64,000 bases of DNA from Camelus ferus (taxonomy: Eukaryota): positions 13,578,001 through 13,642,000 of the forward strand of contig NC_045714.1 in NCBI RefSeq assembly GCF_009834535.1, given 5' to 3'. The translations under genes were made by a program, and so were the position numbers. This document shows, in pieces, positions 1-10,520 of the stretch. The first letter of the stretch is position 1. Each line of letters begins with the position of its first letter. A model generated the notes under the pieces. The model was not told the origin of the DNA. It saw nothing but the letters and a program-made list of their open reading frames with translations, and ran no database searches.

Positions 1-73
1 TGAGCGGCACCTGGCCGTGTGCCTGGTAGCGGGCTGGCAGCGGGCCCCGAGCTCTCGGGACAGGACAGGAGAG

Positions 74-425
74 AGCGTTTGCCGATTCCCGGGGTGTCAT
101 TTTGTGGTCCGTCTCAAGCTGCAGTGCAGCATTACGGGCCGTGGAGCTGAGAAGGGATGAGAGCGGTGCACCGTCACGTGGTACCTCTGCCCTCGGCTAC
201 GACGGACCTAACTGACCTCAGCAGCATCGATATTAGTAGAAAGTAGTAAAATTATTCCAAACTGGGAGATTCTGAATATTCATTACCTCTGTTTTAATAT
301 AATTGTTAATTATGAATTTATACAATTTAATTTTTAACAGTGGCAGTGTTCAGCCGCAGGCTGACAACTTTTCTAAGTATTTTACCAAGGGCTCTGTCAG
401 GCTGCAGGAGCCGGCTGCGTCCGGC
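74..425 (-). mobile_element. MER63-like hAT-Blackjack DNA transposon remnant
   Basis: Ordered blocks GCGTTTGCCGATT (75), GTAGTAAAAT, CATTACCTCTGTTTTAATATAATT, TATACAATTTAATTTTTAACAGTGGC and GAGCCGGCT (409) follow the reverse complement of the MER63 consensus as I recall it. The element may extend to about position 13. Confidence 0.7.
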
Positions 426-757
426 TGGCCACGCCCCGCGCAGGGCGCCGTGGCCGGGGAGCTAGTGCGCCCTCCTGCGAAGGGCCCCCTGTCTCCCTGC
501 GTCCCAGTGTTGTTTTCTCCACGCTCGGGCTTTGTTTCCAGAAAAAAGCCACTTTGGGAGCTCACGCTTTAACCAGTAGGCACGGGAACTTAGCTTGCAA
601 GCAGAAAGTTGAACTTCCGGTTCATTTAGCCAATTGCTTATAGTTCTCGGTTCTGTGCACTTGTAATAAAACACGTTGTGGGGGAAAGCCCACCACATCT
701 GTATGATTTTGTTGAAGCGACTTTAATAAGGCAGTGAGCACAGGATATCGAACACAG

Positions 758-773
758 GCGCGCGCGCGCACAC
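758..773. repeat. (GC)6(AC)2 alternating purine-pyrimidine tract, potential Z-DNA
   Basis: GCGCGCGCGCGCACAC read directly. Confidence 0.85.
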
Positions 774-1949
774 CCCCCTCTTCACATCTGTGTTTGGGAA
801 TCAGCTCTAAGCGCATCCCCCCCCCCCTCCTCTTTCCCTGGACACCAGCTCCTGTTTCTGTGGTGCCTCTTCTGGCCTCTGTTGTAAAAAGGCACCGCAG
901 AACGTGACACCACTCCAGTTCTCCGTGCAGATCCAGGCTGTCTTGCTGAGGGCCACAGAGGATGAGTTTTAAACGTCCTCCACTTTCCAGGTCTTTAGAA
1001 AGCACCCATTCGGTGAGATGCTCTGTTGTGATGGAATAGTACGTTATTATTGGTGTTCCTTGATACAAAAGGAACGCGGTGCCTTTGGGGTTGTAAATAC
1101 TATTGATTCACAGAGGTTGGGAGAGAGACAGCAATATTTTTTAGATTATTAAGAAGGCTTGTGTTACCAAGATTGGAAGAGAGATGAGTTTTGTAATCAC
1201 TGTGCCCTGGGTGACTTGGTGAAGCAATCAAGCCCTCTCTTTAAGACATAATTATGATTGCTTCCAACATTCTCTTTTCTCTTTCTTTTTTTTTTTCCTT
1301 TTTACTTTCTTTTGCTACTGCCTGGGGCATTTTTATATGTTCTATTAAGAAAATTCCTGCTGTGGCAGATGCTGCCAGCAAATCCTCTGGAGCAGTCTGC
1401 TGTGTCTGCCTTGGATGAGATTTTATAGCATTATTGAGCATTTCAGAATGTCATATCGGGACTGCGAGCTGCAGGGTTTGGTTGTAAACTTAGGGTTTTT
1501 CGCTGTCCTTTTAGAAACATGCTTCCTAATATAATTTATTTCCAGCATCTCTGAAAATATTAAAATTCCCAAAGCAAATAAACCACAAGCAGTGTCTTCC
1601 TATTCACTTCTGATTTGTGATGCCTTTTGATTATCGCAGCCCTCACATAATTAATGATGTGCTTTGAGAAGCCGGCAGTCTATAAAGCAGCTGCAAGATC
1701 CACTGTGCAAAGGGGGCGTGTGTGCTGTGGAGTCAACGGCGCGAGCCGCTCCTTCTCCCGATGCCTCTGAGCACAGGGCTAAAACACACGCGTGGAAATG
1801 TGGTTGTGTCTGCTGACTTCACATCTGGAGAGAAAATTCGGCTGAACCCCAGGGATGGAATTTCAAAGTGCCCTCCGCCCCCACCCCCGAGTCTCCTTCA
1901 GGCTCAGCTGTCTTCCAATGAGTGCCCAGACCCGAAATTCTGTTTCACC

Positions 1950-1975
1950 AAAAAAAAGAAAAAAAAAAAAAAAAA
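1950..1975 (+). repeat. Poly-A tract (A8-G-A17)
   Basis: Read directly. It produces the poly-Lys in ORFs 1722 and 1855. No retroelement body recognised upstream. Confidence 0.95.
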
Positions 1976-2393
1976 CTTTGCCCAAAAACGCCGGTGTTCT
2001 GAATTGCAGCCTTCAAAGGCCTGCCCCCAGCCCCGTCCCTGCCTTCCGTCCCAGTAGGATTTGTGTCTCCCTCCCTCCCTCTCACCTGCCCCCACAGCCG
2101 TGGGCGCCGACAGGCCAGGACTCTGGGACTGAGCCTCACGCCTCACCATAGTCCACCCCGCTGCCTCCGTGGGGTCTCTAAATGTTTGTGCAATTGCCGT
2201 TTCATCACAGACTGCAAATGAACGCCACGTGTGAGATAAATTTACAGAATGTGGGTGTACTGGTTTTGCAAGAACTCTTCCTTTGGCAATGTGGTTTTGC
2301 ATCTGCCTGTGAGTACTGTAGCCAAAGACAGAATTCCAGGTATTCTCAGAATCTGCCCCAGAGCTGAACATGGTCTGGGCGAGAGCAAGCCTT

Positions 2394-3038
2394 TTTTAAT
2401 TGAAGTGTGGTCGGTGTACAGTGTTGTGTTAGTTTCTGGTGCACAGCACAGTGATTCAGTTGCACATGTATATTCCTTGCCTTATTCTTTTCCATTGTAG
2501 GTTATCACAAGACATTGAATATAGCTCCCCGTGCTGTGCAGTAGGTCTCTGTGTTTATCTATTTTATACATGGTGATGTGCATCTGCAAATCCCAAACTC
2601 CCAGTTTATGCCTTCCCACCCCTTTCACCCCTGGTAAACATAAGTTTGTTTTCTATGTCTGTGAGTCTGTTCCTGTTTTGTAAATAAGTTCATTTGTGTC
2701 TTTTTTTTAAGATTCCACATATCAGTGATATCATACAAATTTTTCTTTCTCTGTCTGACTTACTTCATTTAGAATGACGATCTCCGGGTCCATCATGTCG
2801 CTACAAGTGGCATTATTGTATTCTTTTTGTGGCTGAGTAGTATTCCATTGTATAAATATACCACAGCTTCTTTATCCAGTCATGTGTTCATGGACATTTA
2901 GGTTGTTTCCATGTCTTGGCTGTTGTATATAGTACTGCTGTGAACACTGGGGTGCAGGTGTCTTTTTGAATTAGAGCTTCCTCTGGATATACGCCCAGGA
3001 GGGGGATTGCTGGACCATATGGTAATTCTGTTTTTAGT
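2394..3038 (-). mobile_element. 5'-truncated L1 3' end (relatively young, cetartiodactyl type) with degenerate TSD
   Basis: Starts TTTTTTAATTGAAGTGTGGTCGGTGTACAGTGTTGTG and contains GGCTGAGTAGTATTCCATTG and GGATTGCTGGACCATATGG. Probable TSD GAGAGCAAGCCTT (2381-2393) / GAGAGTGCGCCTT (3039-3051), 10/13 identical, the right copy followed by AA as expected for L1 endonuclease cleavage. Confidence 0.95.
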
Positions 3039-3559
3039 GAGAGTGCGCCTTAATGACAGAAGGGATCTGGGTGTGTCACCACTGAACAGTAGTACTGACA
3101 GCATTATTGGATGGACAGTGAGACTACTAATAATAGTAATAAAAACACCAGACGTGCTGTTTCTGATTAATGGGTCTTTGCTGGAATATTAATCAGAGTT
3201 AAAAAACAACCACACGATTTTCATGTGAAATATAGTTTCAACTTGTGGGTTAACATTTTGTTGGCATCTCTTTGACTTCTTATTCCACAAATGTTTTGTT
3301 AGTTTCAGTCCTGTGTGGAGCCTTGAAATATGAAGAATGCCAGGAAAGTGTGAAGATACGACTCCTGGTTTCTGTCCTTGGGAAGACAGAAGTCAGAGTG
3401 AAAATTCACAGAGCATTCATTGCCTGCCAGACTGATCTAGGAGGGGGGTGTGTATGTGTGTTCTGAACATATGCTCTAAACATAGAGGTGTGTATATGGT
3501 TCTTCTAAACATAGACATGACACATGTGTTTATATATGCAAATTTATACCATAAAGATT

Positions 3560-3660
3560 TAATTCTCACGGCCACACCATGGGTTATGTTCCATAACTGT
3601 CCCCATTTTACAGCTGAGGAAGCTGAGGCTCGGAGATACAGTAACCTGGACAGTGAGACT
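3560..3660 (-). mobile_element. MIR SINE fragment
   Basis: Core CCCCATTTTACAGCTGAGGAAGCTGAGGCT. Confidence 0.75.
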
Positions 3661-4111
3661 TGGACGGTGAGGGACTCCTCACCCCACCCTCCCAGTACCA
3701 GCTCTACACAAACGCAGATTTTGTCAGAGTAGCTCTGTTGTGATGCTGGGGACGTAGCCTGGGTTCCATGGGGTTCAAAGCAGAGCGTGAGAGGAAGCAG
3801 GTGCCCGAAGCTGCTGGCAAGAGGACAAGCGAGGACGGTGGTGGAAGCAGCTGTGCCAGCGACAGGTGCTTGCGAGAACTGTGCTGAGCAACAGCAGGAA
3901 TGAAGTGAGTGGGCGCGGGAGGGCAGGCGTGTCAGGGACGGCGTCCTCGGGACGGACGAGAGGAGGAATGTGCTTCAGAGAGTGGGAAGGTCTGCCCTGT
4001 CCCGAGGCCGAGGGAGTGAAGGGAGGCAGGGGAACCCGGCAGGCGAGAGAACGGCGCCCTACCCTGGGCAGAGCCTACACCTCACCTGCACTCACCTCGG
4101 CCCCTAGGACT

Positions 4112-4295
4112 GCACTGCCCCACACGGGAGCCTTGAGCCCCACGTGGCCACGTAGATCGAAATTAACTCAAGCTCAATATAGTAAGCGGCCAGTTCCTCA
4201 GTGACACTAGCCACACTTCAGGTGCTCAGTCCCACAGGTGGCTACCATACTGGACAAGGCAGATACAGAACAGCCCCATCGCCAAAGAAATTGCC
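4112..4295 (-). mobile_element. MER3 hAT-Charlie MITE
   Basis: CAGTTCCTCAGTGACACTAGCCACACTTCAGGTGCTCA...GGCTACCATACTGGACA...AGATACAGAAC matches the recalled MER3 reverse complement. Confidence 0.8.
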
Positions 4296-4414
4296 TCCCT
4301 ACCCAGTGTTTGCCTGTTTTCTTTCATTTTTCAAGTGGCCTCAGAAAGAAGAATGCTGGAGGGAAGGCAGTTAGATCAAATGCGCATCACTTGGGGAAAT
4401 GTTTCTGATATAAA

Positions 4415-5118
4415 AGCGGGATTCCCAGCAGTCACGCGCCTTGGTATTTACTCAAAGGGGTTGAAACATGTGTCCATGCAAAAACCTGCACATGGGTGTT
4501 TATAGCAACTTTATTCACAATCGCTGAAAGTTGGAAGCAACCAAGATATTGTTCATTAAATGATGGGTAAATAAACAGTGGTCCAGCCAGGCAGTGGAAT
4601 ATTACTGAGCACTAAAAAGAAACGAGCTATCAAGTCATGAAAAAACATGCAGGAACCATAAATGCATACTACTGAGTGAAAGAAACCAGTCTGCAAAGGC
4701 GACAGAGGTTGTGGTTCCAAGTGTAAGACATTCTGGAAAAGACAAGACTATGGAGACAGAGGCTGGGGGTGGGGGGTGAACGAGTGGAGCACAGGGGACT
4801 TTTGGGGCAGAGGAACTGCTCTGTGTGATACTGCAGTGAGGGACACAATCACTACACATTTATCCAAACCCACAGAACGGACCCCAAGGGGGCTCCCAGT
4901 GTGAAGTGTGGACGTTGGTGGTGATGACATGTCAGCACAGGTTCATCAGTTGTAAGAAACATCCCCTCTGCTGGGGGACAACGTGGGTAATGGCCAAGGC
5001 TGTGCGTGGTGGGCAGGGGGGCAGGAGGCGGAGGGGAAATTTGTACCTTCAGCTCAATTTTGCTCTGAACCTAAGGCTTCTCTAAAAAAATAAAGTCTAT
5101 TACAAAAATAAAAACAGG
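4415..5118 (+). mobile_element. Old L1 (L1MC-like) ORF2 end and 3' UTR
   Basis: CAAAAACCTGCACATGGGTGTTTATAGCAACTTTATTCACAAT, GGAAGCAACCAAGAT, CATTTATCCAAACCCACAGAAC, ending in an AATAAA-containing A-rich tail. Confidence 0.85.
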
Positions 5119-5555
5119 ATTTCAAGTTCAGCACTTCCAAGTTGACTCTCACCTGGTCTTTTAAGATCTGCTGGAGACTTTTGGGGTGGAACTGTGGAGA
5201 GGGATTTGCACGGACTGGCAGGCTGACCCTGTGCCTCTATTTCAGCCATCAGCCTCCTCCCTCAGCGGGTCCCACGCTGCCTGCGTTTAGAACGCAGGAA
5301 ACCCCTTCCCAAAGCAACCACGGGGGAAGCTTGGCGAGCCCGGCGTGCCCGGAGAGCACCTGGTGGTGGTGGGGGTGGGGGTTGGAGCTGTTGTCTGCGC
5401 CATGGCAAGAAGTCCGGGCAGCCAGGCCAGGGTTGGATGTTTGTCCTCAAAACGAGTTACCAAGTTGCCCTTGGTTTGGGGACAGTGGTGGACACACTGG
5501 AGTGATGGGTACTCCGCTCTGTCTCAGCTGTGACCACAGAAGATCTGGTTTCATG

Positions 5556-5795
5556 TGTCTTAGTCTGTTCAGGCTGCTATAACAGAACACCCTAGACTCG
5601 GGGCTCAAACAGCAGACAGTCACTTCTCACAGGCCCGAAGGCTGGGAAGCCCAAGGCCAAGGTGCCAGTGGATTCGGTTTCCTGGTGAGAGCCGTCTTCC
5701 TGGCTTGCAGAAGGCCACACTCTGGCTATGTTCTCACATAGGAGACACAGGAAGCTCTGATGACTCTTCCTCTTCTTGTAAGGGCCTCCTGTGAT
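5556..5795 (-). mobile_element. MLT1 (ERVL-MaLR) LTR fragment
   Basis: TGTCTTAGTCTGTTCAGGCTGCTATAACAGAACACC...GGCTGGGAAGCCCAAGGCCAAGGTGCCAG is the typical reverse-complement MLT1 3' end. Confidence 0.9.
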
Positions 5796-5829
5796 GTTCA
5801 TTATGACGCACGTCTGCCGGGGATGAATT

Positions 5830-7345
5830 CTTCGTATTCTCAGAGAGTCCTTTGCCATTTTTGAAAGGTATTTTTGCTGGGTATAGAATTCTAGGTGGAC
5901 AGTTTTCAGTTTTTTGTCTTTAAAAATATGGCCCTGGGGTTTCTGGCTTGCATCGTTTCTGACAAGCAACCTGCAGGCCTTCTTAGTTCTTGTTGTTCTG
6001 TACATAATGCTCCCCCTCCCCCCACATGCACTCTGGTTGCGTTTAAGATTTTCTCTTTATCGCTGGTTTTAAGCAACTTGATGTTTCTTTTGTTTGGGGT
6101 GTTTCGTTGAGCTTCTGGCGTCTCTGGATTTATAGTTTTCAATCAAATGTGGAAAATTGCAGTCGTTACTCCTTCAGATATCTCTGTTCCCTTGGAGAGT
6201 CTAACTGCGTGTGGATCAGGCCACTCAGTGGTCCCGCCACTCGCTGGTTCTTTGCTGGTTTCATTCTTTTCTCCTGTGCATTTCATGTTGGGTGCTTTCT
6301 GTTGGTCTTTCTTCAAATTCAGCGTTTCCTCTTGTAGCGTCTAATCTGCTGTGTGTGCATCCGTCCAGGGTGTTTCTCATCTCGGATGCTGCCGTTTTCA
6401 TCTACGCAACTTTGATTTGGGACACTTTTGTGTCTTGACACACCTGTGCTTTCCTCCACCCCCGAGCATACGGAGTAGAGTTAGATTCACCCCTTCAGGC
6501 CCTTGCCCACTAACCCCTCATCCTGATATTGTTATTGGTTGCTTTTTCTCATTATGGGCCTTTTCCTGCTTCTTCGTGTGCCTGCTGTTTCTTACTGGAT
6601 GCCGGCCATCGTGAAGTTGGCATTGGTGGATGTGGGCGTCTTTGTGCACCTGCTAATATCCTTGATCTTTGTTCTGGTATGCAGGTAGGTTACTAGGAAA
6701 CAGTTTGCCCCTTGGGACCTTGCTCTGTAGCGGTGCAAGGTGGGACTAGAGCAGTGTTTAGCCCAGGGCTAAGCGGGTCCCACCGCTGAGGCAGTTTTTT
6801 GCTGAGTTGTCTCCTCAACGTCCCATCAGTTAGAAAGCCTATCTGTGCTGGCTGACGGGACACAAGCCACTTCCAGCCGCATGTGAGTTCCAGGTGTTAT
6901 TCCCTCTAACGCTCCCAAGTGGTTCTTCCAGACTGGAGTCACTTTTTCCCACATGTGATCTCCGGTCATGTTCAGCTAAAGGCTGAAGGAAACCCTCTGC
7001 TGATCTCTGGGCACCCCTCTCTCTCTCCCCGCCCCATACTCTGCCTTACTATCTCTGAACACTTCCCCTGTCCCAGACCCTCACCTCTGTCTCCTCACCT
7101 CAGGGACCCCTGGGCTCAGCTGGGTTCCCCTTCTGGTGCCCCAGCCTGGAGACTCTTTTCAGACGGTGACCCGGGCACTGCTGGGCTCACCTTGTGTGCT
7201 TCCCCTCTCCCTGGATCACAGTCCCACGTGCCCTAGTGTCCCGTGTCTGAACACCATCGTCCATATACTTTGTTTAGATTTTTTGATCTGAGGTGGGTGA
7301 TGGGTCAGTCCAGGCCCTGCTACCCTCTCCTCAGGAAGCCTCCTT
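5830..7345 (-). mobile_element. Ancient L1 5' portion (5' UTR and degraded ORF1)
   Basis: Minus-strand peptides MKTINPETPEAQRNTPNKRNIKLLKTSDKEKILNATR (5906-6142) and ETMQARNPRAIFLKTKN resemble the L1 ORF1p RRM/CTD. 7090-7340 resembles an L1M 5' end. Frames are broken. Confidence 0.8.
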
Positions 7346-8016
7346 CCTGACCAGCAAGCAGATGCAGAATTAGTAACATCCGTTGAAGATCTCAGAGGGG
7401 CCAATTCCCACTCTTCCCAGGAACAAGAAATCCACGTCATGATCAAATCGTGGTGGTTGATGAGTGCCAGGGTGATAAAGACGAAGGAGGCTGAGGTGGA
7501 AGCAGGGAGGCTGGAGTCTTGTGGAGGCCAGCAGGGAGCTGCTCTGAGTTCACATCCCCAGGACGTCCTGCACACAGGTCCAGGTGGTGCCGTGGGAACA
7601 AAGGAGAACTTCTCTACCTGGCCACTGGCTTTCCATCCCTGCTCCCCTGAGAGGCCAGAAAACCAGAGTTATGAGCCTGCTTGTTGTTTGAATTTAAGGA
7701 GTTTGCGCCTTTCTCTGCCCCTCAGCACCTCTGGCTGTACACTGGGGCTAACCCTGCACGTTCAGTCCATATGTGGGTTCAGAATAACGAAGAAACGCAT
7801 CTCAGATGCTCCTGTTTATCTCAGGCGTGTTCACCCTGGATTTTCCACCTGATTGTCAGATAGCTTCTGTGGGAGGCAGGGCGTGGGGCGGGCAGCTTCG
7901 TGCCTGTTTCCCAGGTGGATGAACCCAAGTGCTCCCAGTCTGAGTAACTTGGCCAGAGATCACAGTGCGGCTGTGACCATCTAGAACTCAAGTCTCTCGA
8001 TGCCAAATGTCTACAC

Positions 8017-8237
8017 CTGTCATTCTCAACCAAAATTTTGCCCCCCAGGGAACACTTGGCAAGGTTTAGAGGCATTTTTGGTTGTCACAGCTGGGGTGGG
8101 GCAGCAGGATGCTACTGGAATCTGGTGGGTGGAGCCCAGGGACTCTGCTAAACATCCTACGACGCCCAGGAAGCCCCACAGCAGGGAGTGATGTGGCCTA
8201 AAATGTGGAGGGACAGGGTTGAGATGGAAAACCCTTA
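8017..8237 (+). mobile_element. MER20 hAT-Charlie element, full length
   Basis: TTCTCAACC...TTTTGCCCCCCAGGG...TTTTTGGTTGTCACA...CTGCTAAACATCCTAC...GAAAACCCT. Possible 8-bp TSD GTCTACAC / GTCCACAT (6/8). Confidence 0.9.
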
Positions 8238-9414
8238 GTCCACATTTTCTTATGAAAATGCTCTGAAAACCATGAAGGGACATACAAATTAAAACTCACG
8301 GTTCCAGCACGATTATGCAGTGGTTGTCAAATTCCCGGCTCTATTTCCCTCATCACATCTAAAGGAGATGCCTCTCTTTAAATCCCGTCTGCCGTCTGTG
8401 CACTGACACATGTGGATCACGGTAATATTCCAGATATATACAGCAGGCATCTCCTCAGAGAGAGTGCAAGGCTCGAGTGAGCAAAAACCACATCTTTCTG
8501 TGGAAGACACCTCCTTCCTGAAGCACAAGTCTAGGCTGCAGTGTGCTGGCTGCGGCGCAGACAGCAGCACGGAGGGCTCACGCGGTGCTGGAAACGCAGT
8601 AACAAGCTAAAGGAAGGCGTAGATCGTCTCTCACTCCAGTTCTTTGTGCATCTCTGTGTATAAACAAGAGCAGCAAAATCTGCTCTCTTCCTCCCAAGGA
8701 ACCAAACAGCTTCAGCAAATGCTTTTCAAATACAGTAAGATGCTCGTAAATGTTCACTCATGCGGTGTCTCATGGTATTTTTGTGCAGGTCCGTCCACAT
8801 CCATGGCTTTCCATTTCTCTCCTCCGACTCTCTGTCCTTCTCCCTCTCGGGATCCTGGTGGCTGGTCCCGAGCAAAAGGCCTGTGGCTTCAGTTTTGGGG
8901 AAGCTGTGCCCATTGCTTTGGAGCCCCTGGAATCCTGCCTGCTTTGGCCCCGCCGCTCCTGCTTATTCAAGTTGCTTAAATTCCCTGTGCCTGCCGCATG
9001 TTCTGCAAAAAGCAGATTAACAGAGGAGTGATTTCTGGAGGGCCCTGAAAACGCCAGGTGTTATCGGAGAGCTGGCAGCGGAACGATGCTGAAATGCACT
9101 CGTACCAACATTTCTCAAAATATTTGTGCATGTCTGTCTCCAGTTTGCGCTTCTTTTATTCATAAGGAGATGCTCAGGAAAACACTCGGTCTAACCGCAC
9201 AGATCACAGTCAGAGCGCCAGTGGTGCCTTCTGGTGGCTGGATGGGCAGAGGGGCTGATCTCTACCCACGGGGTCCCAGGTCCCAGGCCCTGCTCAACGC
9301 GGCCTCTCCGGGTCCTCGCCACCCTTCAGCTCACAGGGCCTGGACGTTGCTTTGCTGACTCCCACCCCCAGTGTGGTTGGAAATGGTGAGGTGACCCCTG
9401 TGAGGCACGGGTCA

Positions 9415-9640
9415 CAGCCAATCAGTGTTTGTGTGAAATGGGGAGGTGCTGTCATGTGACCCAGAGCCAGCCAATCAGTGTGTGCATCAAAGGGGCTGTG
9501 TGTCATGTGACCCATAATCAGCCAATCACTGTGCGTGTCAAATGGGGAGGTGCTGTCATGTGACCCAGAGCCAGCCAATCACTGTGTGTATCAAATGGAG
9601 AGGTGCTGTCATGTGACCCAGAGCCAGCCAATCAGTATGT
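9415..9640 (+). repeat. Minisatellite, ~52-bp unit, about 4.3 copies, each with GTCATGTGAC and AGCCAATCA
   Basis: CCAAT at 9418, 9471, 9522, 9575, 9628 (periods 53, 51, 53, 53). GTCATGTGAC at 9451, 9502, 9555, 9608. Confidence 0.95.
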
Positions 9641-9734
9641 GCAGCGGTCTTGACCGCAGCTCCAGGTCTGGATGGGTCTGGATGGGCCGTGGTCCACGTG
9701 GTTGATGTGAGGACACCAACAGCAGAGCAGCCTG

Positions 9735-9835
9735 GATACAGCACTTACAGTGTGGGCCACCTCCCTGGGCCACCCTGTGAGATGCGTCACCATCATCAGC
9801 CTGTTTTACAGATGAGGAAACTGAGGCCCGGGGCT
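9735..9835 (-). mobile_element. MIR SINE fragment
   Basis: CTGTTTTACAGATGAGGAAACTGAGGC core. Confidence 0.85.
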
Positions 9836-10399
9836 CAGAAAGCTAGGGAACGGCAGACAGTCGGCCTCCACATCCCCACTCTGCACCTCTGCCCTGAGGT
9901 GACCAGGCTCCCCGGCCTCCCCAGACGTGGCACCACGCAGCAGGCCCACTGCATCCTCCTCGCCAATCAGAAACCTGCCACCATGTTTTATTCTTTCACC
10001 CCAATAGTCCCTTCTCAAAATTGTGCACTCTGGTCTTTCCTGAGATTCTACTAACAGTTAAGACCCACTCGGCTCCTGCCTCCTCCGTGAAGCCTCTGAA
10101 GACCCAGTCACCGGGCAGTGTTTGCTCCTCTGGACTCTTGCCCTCAGAATGTCCATGGTGGAGGGGGAGTCCTGCCACCATTTGTCCACCTGCTCACTGC
10201 TTCCTCAGCACCGTCTGTCTTCTGCTAACTTGCCCCTTGGATGCTTAGCAGCCTCTGGCTTCTCTTTCTTTTGTCACCACAACCAGGTGACAAGCAGCCC
10301 GGGAGCTGGAGCTGGCTTTGCACGTAGTCTGTCCATGATAATTTTAGTCGCCTGTATTTGCTGCATGCACCCACCCTGGCAGGCACCCTGGGAAGGTGT

Positions 10400-10520
10400 C
10401 CATCCATTCTCATCAGATCCTTCAGACCAGCCCTTGGAGAGGGGCTGTTCCAACCCCTTTCACCTGAAGCACAGAGAGGGTAGGCGACTTGCCCTGTGGC
10501 ACAGCCGGGACCTGAGCCCC
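10400..10520 (-). mobile_element. MIR SINE fragment (degenerate)
   Basis: GAAGCACAGAGAGGGTAGGCGACTTGCCCTGTGGCACAGC resembles MIR GAGGCACAGAGAGGTTAAGTAACTTGCCCAAGGTCACACAGC. Confidence 0.6.

Noticed and set aside
9223-9238. CTCF-like motif (reverse strand GCCACCAGAAGGCACC) upstream of the E-box/CCAAT array
   Set aside because: Mismatch in the G-rich core; such near matches are expected in GC-rich 64 kb.
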